From positions 1 to 64,000 of the forward strand of contig JBDTZG010000022.1 in NCBI GenBank assembly GCA_040005235.1: a stretch of 64,000 bases of DNA, in the 5' to 3' direction. Each line of letters opens with the position of its first letter. Position 1 is the first letter of the stretch. The notes below the pieces were generated by a model, which did no database searches, was not told the origin of the DNA, and saw only the letters and a list, made by a program, of their open reading frames with translations. Position numbers and translations under genes: made by a program. The DNA comes from Acidobacteriota bacterium (GTDB lineage: Bacteria; Acidobacteriota; Thermoanaerobaculia; Multivoradales; UBA5704). Positions 1 through 9,555 of the stretch are shown here, piece by piece.

Positions 1-1
1 A

Positions 2-139
2 GAAATCGTAGACCGCGCGCAGAAAGCTCTCGTCGACCGGCCGGCCGGCGAGGCCCAGCTGACGAATGATGTCTTCCAGCTGCACCGCGCGACGCGCGGC
101 GACCGGAGGAGGCGGGAGCTTCTTGGCGGCGAGGGCCAT
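2..139 (-). CDS. N-terminal fragment of probable RelA/SpoT (p)ppGpp synthetase/hydrolase (runs off window start)
   Basis: Manual translation from ATG at 139: MALAAKKLPPPPVAARRAVQLEDIIRQLGLAGRPVDESFLRAVYDF..., which resembles the RSH N-terminus just before the HD domain. Only 46 codons are visible. Confidence 0.5.
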   Translation of the reverse strand, partial: MALAAKKLPPPPVAARRAVQLEDIIRQLGLAGRPVDESFLRAVYDF

Positions 140-159
140 AGAGCGATTATAGGGGCGGG

Positions 160-197
160 AAAAGAAAAACGGCGGCTCCGAAAGCTCGAAGCCGCCG
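160..197 (-). terminator. Intrinsic terminator downstream of secF
   Basis: Minus strand CGGCGGCTTCGAG-CTT-TCGGAGCCGCCG imperfect hairpin followed by TTTTTCTTTT. Confidence 0.8.
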
Positions 198-221
198 CTT
201 GGACCGACTAGCCTGCCGGGC

Positions 222-1421
222 TTAAGCCGGCGTTGCCGCGGCTCGCTTCGCCGCCGCTTTCCGGGCCTTCGCTTCCGGACCGAAATACTGCTCCCAAAGG
301 AGCGCGAACGGGCTCGCGACGTAGATCGACGAGTAGGTGCCGACGACGATACCGACCGCGAGGACGAAAGAGAATCCGCGCAGCACCGGGCCGCCGAAGA
401 TCAGCAGCGCGATGACCGACAGCAGCGTGAGACCGGAGGTCAGAATCGTCCGCGAGAGCGTCTGGTTGATGCTCTCGTTCATCGTCTCGATCAGCGGCTT
501 ACGCTTGTTCTTCCGCATGTTTTCGCGGATTCGGTCGAAAATGACGACGGTGTCGTTGACCGAATAACCGACCAGGGTGAGGAATGCGGCGACCGTGGTC
601 AGGTTGAACTCGAACCGGAACAACGCGAACATTCCGACGGTGACCAGCACGTCGTGAAGGCTGGCCATTACGGCGCCGATGCCGAACCGCAGCTCGAAGC
701 GGAACGCGATGTAGATCAGCATGCCGATCAGCGAGAACGCGACCGCCATGAGGCCCTTGCTGCGCAGTTCCTTGCCGATCACCGGCCCGACGGTTTCGAC
801 GCCGACGATCGCGAACTCGCCGAGGCGGGCCTGCGACTGTAGGGCCGCGAGGTCCTTGGCGCTCACGCCGTCGAGCTTCGACAGGCTGTCCCAGCTGGTG
901 AGAATTCCTTCCTTCTTCCGTTCGGCCAGCACCTTGTCCGCGACTTCGGCGTAGTGGGTGTTCGCCGCTTCCGCCCCTTGGGCGGCGACGCCGTCCGGAT
1001 CGCTGCGGGTCAGCAGCTCGGTGACGGCGTCCAGACCGATTTCGTTCAGATCCGGCTTGCCGCCCGCGTCCTGGTTGTACCGGCGGTTGAGAGCGCCCAC
1101 GATCAGGTTGCGGCTGCCTTCTTCGGCTCCCTTGACGACCGGCGTCTTGATCAACACCTCTTTGGAGTCGTTGTCGCCGAAGCGTTGGATCTGCGGATCG
1201 GCGACACCCGCGCCTTCGACCAGCCGACGCAGCTCGGCAACCTGCGGCTGGTCCTTGAACAGCACGTTGATCTGGGTTCCGCCCTCGAAGTCGATGCCGA
1301 GGCGAATCCAGTTGCTGAAGAACGCCGCGACGAAGCCGAAGGCCACGAGGGCGAACGAGACCATGATCCAAAACTTCCGGTACTTCATGAAGTCGATGTG
1401 AGTTTCCTTGATCAGCTGCAT
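222..1421 (-). CDS. secF: Protein translocase subunit SecF
   Basis: LGIDFEGG, VGPVIGKEL, GYSVNDTVVIFDRIREN and SINQTLSRT motifs; follows secD. Confidence 0.97.
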   Translation of the reverse strand: MQLIKETHIDFMKYRKFWIMVSFALVAFGFVAAFFSNWIRLGIDFEGGTQINVLFKDQPQVAELRRLVEGAGVADPQIQRFGDNDSKEVLIKTPVVKGAEEGSRNLIVGALNRRYNQDAGGKPDLNEIGLDAVTELLTRSDPDGVAAQGAEAANTHYAEVADKVLAERKKEGILTSWDSLSKLDGVSAKDLAALQSQARLGEFAIVGVETVGPVIGKELRSKGLMAVAFSLIGMLIYIAFRFELRFGIGAVMASLHDVLVTVGMFALFRFEFNLTTVAAFLTLVGYSVNDTVVIFDRIRENMRKNKRKPLIETMNESINQTLSRTILTSGLTLLSVIALLIFGGPVLRGFSFVLAVGIVVGTYSSIYVASPFALLWEQYFGPEAKARKAAAKRAAATPA

Positions 1422-1456
1422 GGCGTGCTCCTAGGTGTTCCTTTGTCCCGCGCGGA

Positions 1457-2998
1457 CTAGATCGAAAGCTTCTCGACGCGGCGATTGTGCAAGGCCAGGT
1501 CGAAGAGCCAGCGGCTGACGAACACCGCGGTGAACATGGAGGCAAGAAGACCGATCGAGAGGGTCACGGCGAAGCCGCGGACCGGGCCGGTGCCGAACTG
1601 GAACAGGAACAGCGCGGAGATCAGGGTGGTCACGTTGGCGTCGATGATCGCGGAGAGCGCTCGCTCGAAACCCAGGTCGACCGCAGAGCGGACCGTGCGT
1701 CCGGCCTTCAGCTCTTCGCGGATTCGTTCGAAGATCAGCACGTTCGCGTCGACCGCCATGCCGATCGTGAGGACGATGCCGAAGATTCCGGGCAGGGTGA
1801 GCGTCGAATGGAACAGCCCGAGTCCGCCGAACAGAATCACGACGTTCAAGGCCAAGGCCAGAACCGCGGCCACCCCCGAGAGCATGTAGATGAGCAGCAT
1901 GGCCAGGACGACCGCCGCGGTGCCGATGGCCCCCGCGAGCAGCCCGCGCCGGATCGAATCGCGACCGAGCGACGGTCCGACGGTCCGTTCTTCAAGGTAG
2001 GTGAGCCCCGCCGGCAGCGAACCCGAGCGGAGGGTGGTGGTCAAATCGTCCACTTCCTGTTGGGTGAAGCCTCCCTCGATCACGCCGGAATCAGTGATCC
2101 GTGCGTTGATCCGCGGCGCCGAAACCACCTTGCCGTCGAGGACGATCGCGAGGCCCGTGCCGATGTTGGAGCCGGTCGCGTCGCCGAACAGCTTCGAGCC
2201 CTGGGCGGTCAGGCTGAAGTTGACCACCGGCTCGCCCAGCTTGCCCTGGCCCGGACGCGCGGTCTTCAAGTCGCGGCCCGTGATCACGCGCTGCTTTTCG
2301 ACCAGGTAGAACTGTTTGCCGGTGACCGTGCCGGTCACGTCGTCGCGAATGTCGCCCGGCATCACTTCGAGGTTCGGCGCGACCGGTCCCAGAGCCTCGG
2401 GAGTCGGCGCCGGACCGCCACGGACCAGGCGGAATTCGAGGAACGCCACGTTCTTGATCAGCCGTCGTACGCGCTCGGGATCGTCGACGCCGGGCAACTG
2501 CAGCACGATCCGATAGCCGGATGCCGGGGTGATCACCGGCTCGGCGACACCGAATTCGTCGATTCGGTTGCGGATCGTCTGCACCGCCTGGGTCACCGCG
2601 AGCTCGCGGATCTTCGTCGCCTCGGCGGGCTTGATCGTGAGAACCACCGTGTCTCCGCGCTCCGCGGAATCCCAGGTCGGCAGGTTCGCCCGCGTGAGGT
2701 TGCCGAGCGCGTCCTTGCTCTCCGGGGTGAGGCCGGCGAACTGGAACGACGTCGGGCTCAGGCGCGTCGGGGAGAGGGTCAAGCCCTTTTCCTTGGCGTC
2801 CGTGGTCAGGCGCTGGATGTCGGAGTCGGAGTCGGCGCGCAGCGCGTCGTCCGTCTGGACCTGCAGCACCAGATGCATGCCCCCCTGAAGATCGAGCCCC
2901 AGCTTGATCTTCTTGTCGAGCGGAAAGAAGAACCAGATCGACAGCGCCGTGATGGCCCCGATCAGGATTCCCCGCGACAACAGATTCGACGACTTCAT
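1457..2998 (-). CDS. secD: Protein translocase subunit SecD
   Basis: KLGLDLQGG, RNRIDEFGVAEP, VGPSLG and GMAVDANVLIFERIREE motifs. Confidence 0.98.
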   Translation of the reverse strand: MKSSNLLSRGILIGAITALSIWFFFPLDKKIKLGLDLQGGMHLVLQVQTDDALRADSDSDIQRLTTDAKEKGLTLSPTRLSPTSFQFAGLTPESKDALGNLTRANLPTWDSAERGDTVVLTIKPAEATKIRELAVTQAVQTIRNRIDEFGVAEPVITPASGYRIVLQLPGVDDPERVRRLIKNVAFLEFRLVRGGPAPTPEALGPVAPNLEVMPGDIRDDVTGTVTGKQFYLVEKQRVITGRDLKTARPGQGKLGEPVVNFSLTAQGSKLFGDATGSNIGTGLAIVLDGKVVSAPRINARITDSGVIEGGFTQQEVDDLTTTLRSGSLPAGLTYLEERTVGPSLGRDSIRRGLLAGAIGTAAVVLAMLLIYMLSGVAAVLALALNVVILFGGLGLFHSTLTLPGIFGIVLTIGMAVDANVLIFERIREELKAGRTVRSAVDLGFERALSAIIDANVTTLISALFLFQFGTGPVRGFAVTLSIGLLASMFTAVFVSRWLFDLALHNRRVEKLSI

Positions 2999-3330
2999 GC
3001 GTTGCTTCCTCCCTTGTCCTCGTCGGCTTCGAGGCCTGCGATCGCCGTCTTGGCGAAGCGGATGCGCACATTGTCGGCAACCTTGAGCGTGACCGAGCTC
3101 CCTTCGATCGCGTAGACCTCGCCGAAGATGCCGCTCGAAGTCACCACGCGATCACCCCGCTTCAGGGTCTCGATCGTCTGCTGCAAGGCTTTTTGCCGCT
3201 TGCGCATCGGCAAGAGCAACACGAGGTAGAAGATGGCGAAAATCGCGAGCATCGGAACGAGGCTCAGCAGCGGACTTCGGGCTGGCTCGGCCTCTAAGGC
3301 AAGCCACAAACATAGGTTCATCGCGTTCAT
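2995..3330 (-). CDS. yajC: Preprotein translocase subunit YajC
   Basis: Single TM followed by LKRGDRVVTSSGIFG; tgt-yajC-secD-secF synteny. Confidence 0.95.
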   Translation of the reverse strand: MNAMNLCLWLALEAEPARSPLLSLVPMLAIFAIFYLVLLLPMRKRQKALQQTIETLKRGDRVVTSSGIFGEVYAIEGSSVTLKVADNVRIRFAKTAIAGLEADEDKGGSNA

Positions 3331-3415
3331 CCTGACGGCTCCCGCCGGTCCGGCCGGGCCGGCACATCGTTTCGCGGGGGTGGGAAGATCCGGCGGGGTG
3401 GGCCCGCCGTTCGCC

Positions 3416-4543
3416 TTAAGGCTGGCTTTCGCTCGCGGTCCCTTCCACCGCCCGAATGGCAGGAGGGGGAACCAGGCTCGTCAGCGCACCGAGTTGGATA
3501 GCCTGCCGAAGGCGCCCCATAAAGTCAAGGTAATAGCGGACGTTGTGCAGGGTCGCAAGGACCAGCGCGGTGATCTCGCCGGCCCGGAACAGGTGGTGGA
3601 GGAACGCCCGGGAGACCCGCGCGCAGGTTGGGCAAGCGCACTCCGGGTCGAGCGGCTGGGGGTCGTCCTTGTAGCGGGAGTTCTTGATTTTGATCGGCCC
3701 GGCGCTCGAAAACAGCACGCCGTGGCGGCCGTTCCGGGCCGGCATCACGCAGTCGAACAGGTCGACCCCCCAGCGGACCGCGTGGAGAATGTCCTCCGGC
3801 GTGCCGACCCCCATCAGATAGCGCGGCTTGCTCTCCGGCAGGCAGGGAGTAGTCCACTCGACCGCGGAACGGCGTTCCGCCTCCGGCTCGCCCACCGAGA
3901 CCCCGCCGATCGCGCAGCCGTCGAAATCGAGGGCGGACAGATCGGCGGCCGCCCGCTCGCGCAGGTCGCGAAACGCGCTCCCCTGGGCGATTCCGAACAG
4001 CCCGCCGGGTCCCCCCGGCCAAGCCTCGCGCGCCCGCCGCTCCCAGGCAAGCGTCCGGTCCCAGGCGCGAGAGGCGGCCTCGCGCTCGACCGGGTAGGGA
4101 GGGCATTCGTCGAGCACCATCGCGATATCGACCCCCATCCTCACCTGGGACGAGACCACGCTCTCGGGGGTGAATCGGACCGGCGAGCCGTCGAGATGGC
4201 TCTTGAAGGTGACGCCGTCGTCGTCCACCGTGCGCAGGCCGCCGAGGCTCCAGACCTGGAACCCGCCGCTGTCGGTGAGGATCGGCCGGCGCCAGCCGGT
4301 GAACGCGTGAATCCCGCCGAGCCGCTCGATCACGTCGATGCCCGGTCGCAGCGTCAGGTGGTAGAGGTTCGCCAGCTGGATCGACGCCCCGATCTCTTCG
4401 AGCATCTGGGGCGGCACGCCCTTGACCGCGCCGAGGGTGCCGACCGGCATGAACGCCGGGGTGTCGATCGATCCGTGAGGCGTTTCGAGCCGGCCGAGCC
4501 GCGCGCGGCCCTCGGTTGCGCGGACCGAAAAGGACAACCCCAT
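3416..4543 (-). CDS. tgt: tRNA-guanine transglycosylase
   Basis: TPAFMPVGT, TDSGGFQV, RYLMGVG, DLFDCV and the CxCxxC...H zinc site. Confidence 0.97.
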   Translation of the reverse strand: MGLSFSVRATEGRARLGRLETPHGSIDTPAFMPVGTLGAVKGVPPQMLEEIGASIQLANLYHLTLRPGIDVIERLGGIHAFTGWRRPILTDSGGFQVWSLGGLRTVDDDGVTFKSHLDGSPVRFTPESVVSSQVRMGVDIAMVLDECPPYPVEREAASRAWDRTLAWERRAREAWPGGPGGLFGIAQGSAFRDLRERAAADLSALDFDGCAIGGVSVGEPEAERRSAVEWTTPCLPESKPRYLMGVGTPEDILHAVRWGVDLFDCVMPARNGRHGVLFSSAGPIKIKNSRYKDDPQPLDPECACPTCARVSRAFLHHLFRAGEITALVLATLHNVRYYLDFMGRLRQAIQLGALTSLVPPPAIRAVEGTASESQP

Positions 4544-4595
4544 GGAACGCTCCGGATTCCAGCCGTCGTGCGAAAGAGGTCCCGGAGACTCCCGC

Positions 4596-5327
4596 CTAGT
4601 GGGGCTTCTCGGGGACCTTCTTGCCGTTGCGATCGAGGTCGATGACCTTGGTCTGCACGCCGGGCGGTAGCTTGAGCGCGAAACGATCGGCCGGAATCGG
4701 CGCGTTCACCTTCAGATCCTTCAAGTCGTACTGGGTCTTGTCGCCTTCGGCATCGACGTATTCGAGGTGAACCGGAAAAAACTTCTCGTCGTCGATCCAG
4801 AGGCTCATCGATTTCAGCCGCTTGGCGATCCGTGCGTAGCGCGGGGTCAGATCGAGCCGGAAAGGGGTGCCTTTCTTGGTCGAGGTGTGCAGCGTCGCCG
4901 TGAAGTACTCCAGGAGAGATTTCATCGAACCGCTCGCGCCTAGGTACTTGAACACCTGGGCGGAGTAGCGGCCGACCTTGAGCGTCTCGGCCCGGTTCAA
5001 ATCGTGGTACCAAGTGGTCATGGTCTCGCCCAGGATGACCACCGAGATCGGGTTGGGGGTCGCGTACTCCCAACGCACTTTGTCCGGCGCGGCATAGGAG
5101 AACGATCCGGTCGAGGTCTCCGGCTCTGCGAGCATCGAGCTTTCCTGGTGCTGGATGAACTTGGCTTCGAGGGTCTTCACCTTCGCCTGCTCGATCTTGA
5201 TCCGGTCGATCAGGGCGGACAGCCGCTGGGCCGGGAGCGCGGTTCGGGGATCGGGGAGAGCGGCGGCGTCGGCAGAAGAAATGCCGACGACGGAAAGAAG
5301 AAAGAGGATACCGAGGGTGCGACGCAT
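4596..5327 (-). CDS. lolA: Outer-membrane lipoprotein carrier LolA-family protein
   Basis: Signal peptide; F-x-Q...G...PDKVRWEY...; C-terminal F..PPGV. Confidence 0.75.
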   Translation of the reverse strand: MRRTLGILFLLSVVGISSADAAALPDPRTALPAQRLSALIDRIKIEQAKVKTLEAKFIQHQESSMLAEPETSTGSFSYAAPDKVRWEYATPNPISVVILGETMTTWYHDLNRAETLKVGRYSAQVFKYLGASGSMKSLLEYFTATLHTSTKKGTPFRLDLTPRYARIAKRLKSMSLWIDDEKFFPVHLEYVDAEGDKTQYDLKDLKVNAPIPADRFALKLPPGVQTKVIDLDRNGKKVPEKPH

Positions 5328-5441
5328 CGTAAGGGAGCCTTTCGCCGAGAGGGGCGGGATGTTACCCGTGCGCCGCGAAAGGAAGCAAGCTTAAGGCCAA
5401 GGGGTAGATATAGACTCGCGGCCAAGCACAGGAGATCCGCC

Positions 5442-6329
5442 ATGTTTCGTTCGTCCTACTCCGTTTTGCTGGTGCTCGCCGCCTTGGCCCTCCCGCTCCC
5501 CGTGGTCGCCCAGGATCTGACCGAGGAGTGGGGCTACGACCGGAAGGGGGACGACTACGACTCTTTCCGTATTCCCGACGTCCAGCGCTGCCAGAGCGCC
5601 TGTCGCCGCGACAACCGCTGCCGGGCCTATACCTTCAGCAACGAAGGGGTCTGCTATTTGAAGAGCCGAATCAACTCGAAGAAAGAGGCGATCGGCTCAG
5701 TGACAGGCTACAAGCCGGAACAGGGCGACGAGGGGTATGGCGATCACCACGACGGCGACCATGACGGTGATCACCATGGAGACCACCACGGCGATCACGG
5801 CGGCGGCTACGGCGGCTCGGACAATCTGACCGAGGAGCGGGGCTTCGATCGCAAGGGGAACGACTACGACTCCTTCCGCTCGCGCGGCCTCTCGGATTGC
5901 AAGCGCTCCTGCGCCCGGGCGGATCGTTGCCGGGCCTATACCTTCGACACCCGCGCCGAGGTCTGCTACCTGAAAAGCCGGATCAACTCGAAGAAATACG
6001 ACTCCCGGATGATCACCGGCTACAAAGAAGACGACGATTCCCGGGGGAATGACGGCGATTACGGTGACGACGATGGCGATTCAAGCGACGGCGTCCGCCT
6101 GACCGAAGAGCGCGGCTACGACCGTCGAGGCGCCGACTACCGCCGCTTCGACTCTTATTCGGTCGACCGATGCAAGAACGCCTGCGCAGAGGACGATCGC
6201 TGCCAGGCTTATACCTTCGATCGGCGCGACAACCGGTGCTACCTGAAGGACGAGGTTCGCGAGTCGGAGCGCAACCGCGACATGGTGACCGGCCGGAAGG
6301 TCGATTCGGACGAAGACGAGGACGACTGA
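5442..6329 (+). CDS. Secreted protein with three PAN/Apple-like domains and His/Asp-rich linkers
   Basis: ATG 5442 after AGGAG; signal peptide; three copies of G(Y/F)DRxGxDY...CxxxC..D.RCxAYTF....CYLK. Confidence 0.85.
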   Translation: MFRSSYSVLLVLAALALPLPVVAQDLTEEWGYDRKGDDYDSFRIPDVQRCQSACRRDNRCRAYTFSNEGVCYLKSRINSKKEAIGSVTGYKPEQGDEGYGDHHDGDHDGDHHGDHHGDHGGGYGGSDNLTEERGFDRKGNDYDSFRSRGLSDCKRSCARADRCRAYTFDTRAEVCYLKSRINSKKYDSRMITGYKEDDDSRGNDGDYGDDDGDSSDGVRLTEERGYDRRGADYRRFDSYSVDRCKNACAEDDRCQAYTFDRRDNRCYLKDEVRESERNRDMVTGRKVDSDEDEDD

Positions 6330-6330
6330 T

Positions 6331-7302
6331 TTACGCCCGGACCGGCGCCCCGATCGACAGCCGGCTCATCAGTTTGGAGACCGCCCTGGCGCTCTGCATG
6401 ACGTAGAAGTGGACCGCGGGCACGTCGTGGGCGAGCAGCTCCTCGGTCTGGGTCTGCGCCCATTCGACGCCGATCTCCAAAGAGCGTTCGGCCGGGGCCG
6501 AGGACATTTCGTCGACCAGCGCCGCGGGGATCTCGACGTAGAAATTGCGCGGAATCGTCGCGAGCTGCGCTTTCGATGTGAGGATCTTCAAGCCCGGGAT
6601 GATCGGCACTCCGATCCCTTCCTGCCGGCAGAGCTCGACGTAGCGAAAGTAATGCCGGTTGTCGAAGAACATCTGGGTGACGATGTAGTCAGCCCCGGCT
6701 TCTACCTTCTCCTTCGCCCGCCGCACGTCGGTGAGCAGGTTCGGGGCCTCGAAATGCTTCTCCGGGTAACCGCCGATGCCGATGCAGAAATCGAGCGGCT
6801 CGGCGTCCAGCAGGTCGGCCTGCATGTAGTGGCCGTGCGAAAGGCCGCGGACCTGGCGCACCAGGTCGACCGCGAAGGGGTTGGCGCTCCGGCCGTACTG
6901 GAGCGGCTTGGCAAACCCGCTGTCGTCGCCGCGCACCGCTAGGACGTTGTCGATCCCCAGGTACCGCAGCTCGATCAGGAAATCCTCCGTCTCTTCCCGG
7001 CTGAAGCCCTGGCAAAGGATGTGGGGCACGGCGTCTACACCGTATTTGTTCTGCATCAGCGCGCATAAGCCCAGCGTGCCGGGCCGCTTGCGCTTGACCC
7101 GCCGAGTGACGCCGCCGTCGGACTTCTCTTCGTAGATCACCTCGGCCGCATGGCTCGTGATGTCGATGAACGGCGGATGGAATCGCGCCAGCTCCTCGAT
7201 CAGGTCGAGAAGTTGCTTGAGGTTGCCGCCGCGCAGAGGCGGAATGATCTCGAAGCTGATCAGCGGGTGATCCGCCCGCGCCAGGTGTTCGGTGACTTTC
7301 AT
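6331..7302 (-). CDS. metF: 5,10-methylenetetrahydrofolate reductase
   Basis: SFEIIPP, LAVRGD, GYPEKH, KVEAGADYIVTQMFFD and HFYVM motifs. Confidence 0.93.
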   Translation of the reverse strand: MKVTEHLARADHPLISFEIIPPLRGGNLKQLLDLIEELARFHPPFIDITSHAAEVIYEEKSDGGVTRRVKRKRPGTLGLCALMQNKYGVDAVPHILCQGFSREETEDFLIELRYLGIDNVLAVRGDDSGFAKPLQYGRSANPFAVDLVRQVRGLSHGHYMQADLLDAEPLDFCIGIGGYPEKHFEAPNLLTDVRRAKEKVEAGADYIVTQMFFDNRHYFRYVELCRQEGIGVPIIPGLKILTSKAQLATIPRNFYVEIPAALVDEMSSAPAERSLEIGVEWAQTQTEELLAHDVPAVHFYVMQSARAVSKLMSRLSIGAPVRA

Positions 7303-7509
7303 GGCTGGCCCCTTCCCGCCGGAGCGTAGACGCCGCCCGCGGACCGGTCAAGAGCGGCGCGGCCGGCGGACCAAGGATTGGCGATCATCCTTGTCACGAT
7401 TGCGGGACTTTAGGCACATAGCCGAGTAGAGACCGAAGATCGGTTCCGTGCGAGACCCGCCGGCCCATATTGGGCCCGTCCCGGCGTCTCTCCACCCAGG
7501 AGGTTGTTC

Positions 7510-8058
7510 ATGAAGCGACGTCTGGTTTTGCTCGCCCTTTCGGCTATCGCGTTGGCGATGCCGTCCGGCGCCTCGACGTTCATCTTCACCCCGCAGCGCG
7601 ATCTGGTGCGCGACGCCTCGGCGATCGTCCAGGGCAAAGTGCTTTCCACCAGCTCGTTCTGGAATGAGACCGGCCAGGTGATCGTCACCGAGGCGGTGAT
7701 TCAGGTCGAAGAAAAGCTCGTGGGCAAAGCTCCGAGCGTGATCGTGGTCCGCACGTTCGGCGGCCAGGTCGGCAATTTCGCCGTCGAGGCGGCTGGCTTC
7801 CCGACCTTCCGTAAGGGCGAGCGTCAGCTGCTCTTCCTTCTGGCTGAGAAGGGCGGTCACAACATCGTGCTCGGCTACCAACAGGGCCAGTTCCGCATCG
7901 AGCGCGACGCCAAGGGCAACGACTTCGCCCGCCCGGCGGTCGATGCGGGGGCGACGTTCGTCGGCCAGGGCGCCCCGGCCAAGACGCTCTCGCTCGCCGC
8001 GCTCAAGAGCTCGATCCTCCGCGACGCCCGGTCCCTGGGCCGCGCCACCTCCAACTAG
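7510..8058 (+). CDS. Secreted hypothetical protein (partner of matrixin; copy 1)
   Basis: ATG after AGGAGG; signal peptide; DASAIVQGKV...W...VIVT...TFGG...GFPTF..GE..LLFL pattern. Confidence 0.8.
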   Translation: MKRRLVLLALSAIALAMPSGASTFIFTPQRDLVRDASAIVQGKVLSTSSFWNETGQVIVTEAVIQVEEKLVGKAPSVIVVRTFGGQVGNFAVEAAGFPTFRKGERQLLFLLAEKGGHNIVLGYQQGQFRIERDAKGNDFARPAVDAGATFVGQGAPAKTLSLAALKSSILRDARSLGRATSN

Positions 8059-8079
8059 GACTGACCGGAGAGACGAACC

Positions 8080-8697
8080 ATGAAGATCACAAGATTCCTC
8101 GCCGTCGCCCTCCTGCTCACCCTGGTCGCCGGAAGCCTCTCGGCCTACGTTCTCCTCTCGCCCCGCCGCACCTGGGACGGCGTCCCCAACCTGATCGTCG
8201 ACAGCCGCGGCAACTCGACGATCTCGGACGGCAACGGGGGCACGACGCGCATTCGAAGCGCCATCACCTCGTCCTCCGCCTGGAACGGCGCCGGCACCGG
8301 CACCCGGATCAATGCGACGGTCGGCTCGGTTTCCAGCTTCACCCTGGGCGACGGCCAGCCGATGCTCAACCTGCGCGATCCCCTCGGCGCCTGCACCGGT
8401 GGCTGCCTGGCGGCGACCTTCACCGGCTACTACACGACGCGGTCGAACGGCACGCGCCGGATCACCGACGCCGACATGGTGACCAACACGGCGAACAACC
8501 TGGCCACCCTGGGCGAAACCTGCTCGGGCTCGGAGTACTACGCGGAAGGCATCTTCGTCCACGAAGTTGGCCATCTGCTCGGCCTCGGCCACAGCGGAAC
8601 CTCGGGCGCCACGATGTTTCCCTCGGTCTCTGCCTGCAACAACAACCCGGCGACGATCGAGACGGACGATCGCAACGGAATCAACGACCTGTACTAA
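8080..8697 (+). CDS. Matrixin (M10A) family zinc metalloprotease (copy 1)
   Basis: Signal peptide; HEVGHLLGLGHS zinc motif plus Met-turn ATMFP. Confidence 0.88.
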   Translation: MKITRFLAVALLLTLVAGSLSAYVLLSPRRTWDGVPNLIVDSRGNSTISDGNGGTTRIRSAITSSSAWNGAGTGTRINATVGSVSSFTLGDGQPMLNLRDPLGACTGGCLAATFTGYYTTRSNGTRRITDADMVTNTANNLATLGETCSGSEYYAEGIFVHEVGHLLGLGHSGTSGATMFPSVSACNNNPATIETDDRNGINDLY

Positions 8698-8723
8698 GCC
8701 GAAGTTCGCTTCGTAAACCTGTG

Positions 8724-8771
8724 AGGACGGGCTCTCCGGAACGAACGCCGCCGGAGGGCCCGTCCTTCTTT
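8724..8771 (+). terminator. Intrinsic terminator after cassette copy 1
   Basis: Stem AGGACGGGCTCTCCGG / CCGGAGGGCCCGTCCT followed by TCTTT. Confidence 0.75.
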
Positions 8772-8988
8772 CCGTCCCCCCCGCCGCGATCGTTTATATA
8801 TCCAGGGGCCGCGGCGACGGCAGGGACAAATGGCGCGGCAAGAGGGTCGAACCGATGGGCAAAACGCCTCGTCACGCTTCGTAAACCATTTGCACTCAAT
8901 GGGTAGAGATCGAAACATCGATCCCGTGCGGGACCCGCCGAGCCCATCATGGGCTCGCCCCGGCGTCTCTCCACCCAGGAGGTTGTTC

Positions 8989-9534
8989 ATGAAGCGACGT
9001 TTGGTTCCCCTTGCCCTCATGGTGGCTGCGCTCGCGCTGCCGTTGGGCGCCTCGACGTTCATCTTCACCCCGCAGCGTGATCTCGTGCGCGACGCCTCGG
9101 CGATCGTTCAGGGCAAAGTGCTCTCCACCAGCTCGTTCTGGAATGAGACCGGCCAGGTGATCGTAACCGAGGCAGTGTTCCAGGTTGAGGAGCGGCTCGT
9201 CGGCAAAGCTCCGAGCGTGATCGTGGTCCGTACCTTCGGCGGCCGGGTCGGCGATTTCATCGTCGAAGCGAGCGGCTTCCCCACCTTCCGCAAGGGCGAG
9301 CGCCAGCTTCTTTTCCTCGAAGGCGAAAAGGGCGGTCACACCAAGGTCCTCGGCTATCAGCAGGGACAGTTCCGCATCGAGCGCGACGCCAAGGGCAACG
9401 ACTTTGCCCGTCCGGCGGTCGATGCCGGCGCCACCTTCGTCGGCCAGGCCGCTCCGGCCAAAACGCTTTCGCTCGCCGCGCTCAAGAGCTCGATCCTCCG
9501 CGACGCCCGGTCTCTGGGCCGCGCCACCAACTAG
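8989..9534 (+). CDS. Secreted hypothetical protein (partner of matrixin; copy 2)
   Basis: ATG 8989 after AGGAGG, matching copy 1; near-identical mature protein. Confidence 0.8.
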   Translation: MKRRLVPLALMVAALALPLGASTFIFTPQRDLVRDASAIVQGKVLSTSSFWNETGQVIVTEAVFQVEERLVGKAPSVIVVRTFGGRVGDFIVEASGFPTFRKGERQLLFLEGEKGGHTKVLGYQQGQFRIERDAKGNDFARPAVDAGATFVGQAAPAKTLSLAALKSSILRDARSLGRATN

Positions 9535-9555
9535 GACTGACCGGAGAGACGAACC

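Larger units (their letters stand above)
7393..8697 (+). repeat. Copy 1 of tandemly duplicated leader + two-gene cassette
   Basis: Aligns by eye with 8871-10173 across the leader, both genes and the identical intergenic spacer GACTGACCGGAGAGACGAACC. Confidence 0.93.

Noticed and set aside
7303-7392. SAM or other riboswitch upstream of metF
   Set aside because: No SAM-I, SAM-II or SAH consensus recognised on the minus strand; the structured element nearby belongs to the plus-strand cassette
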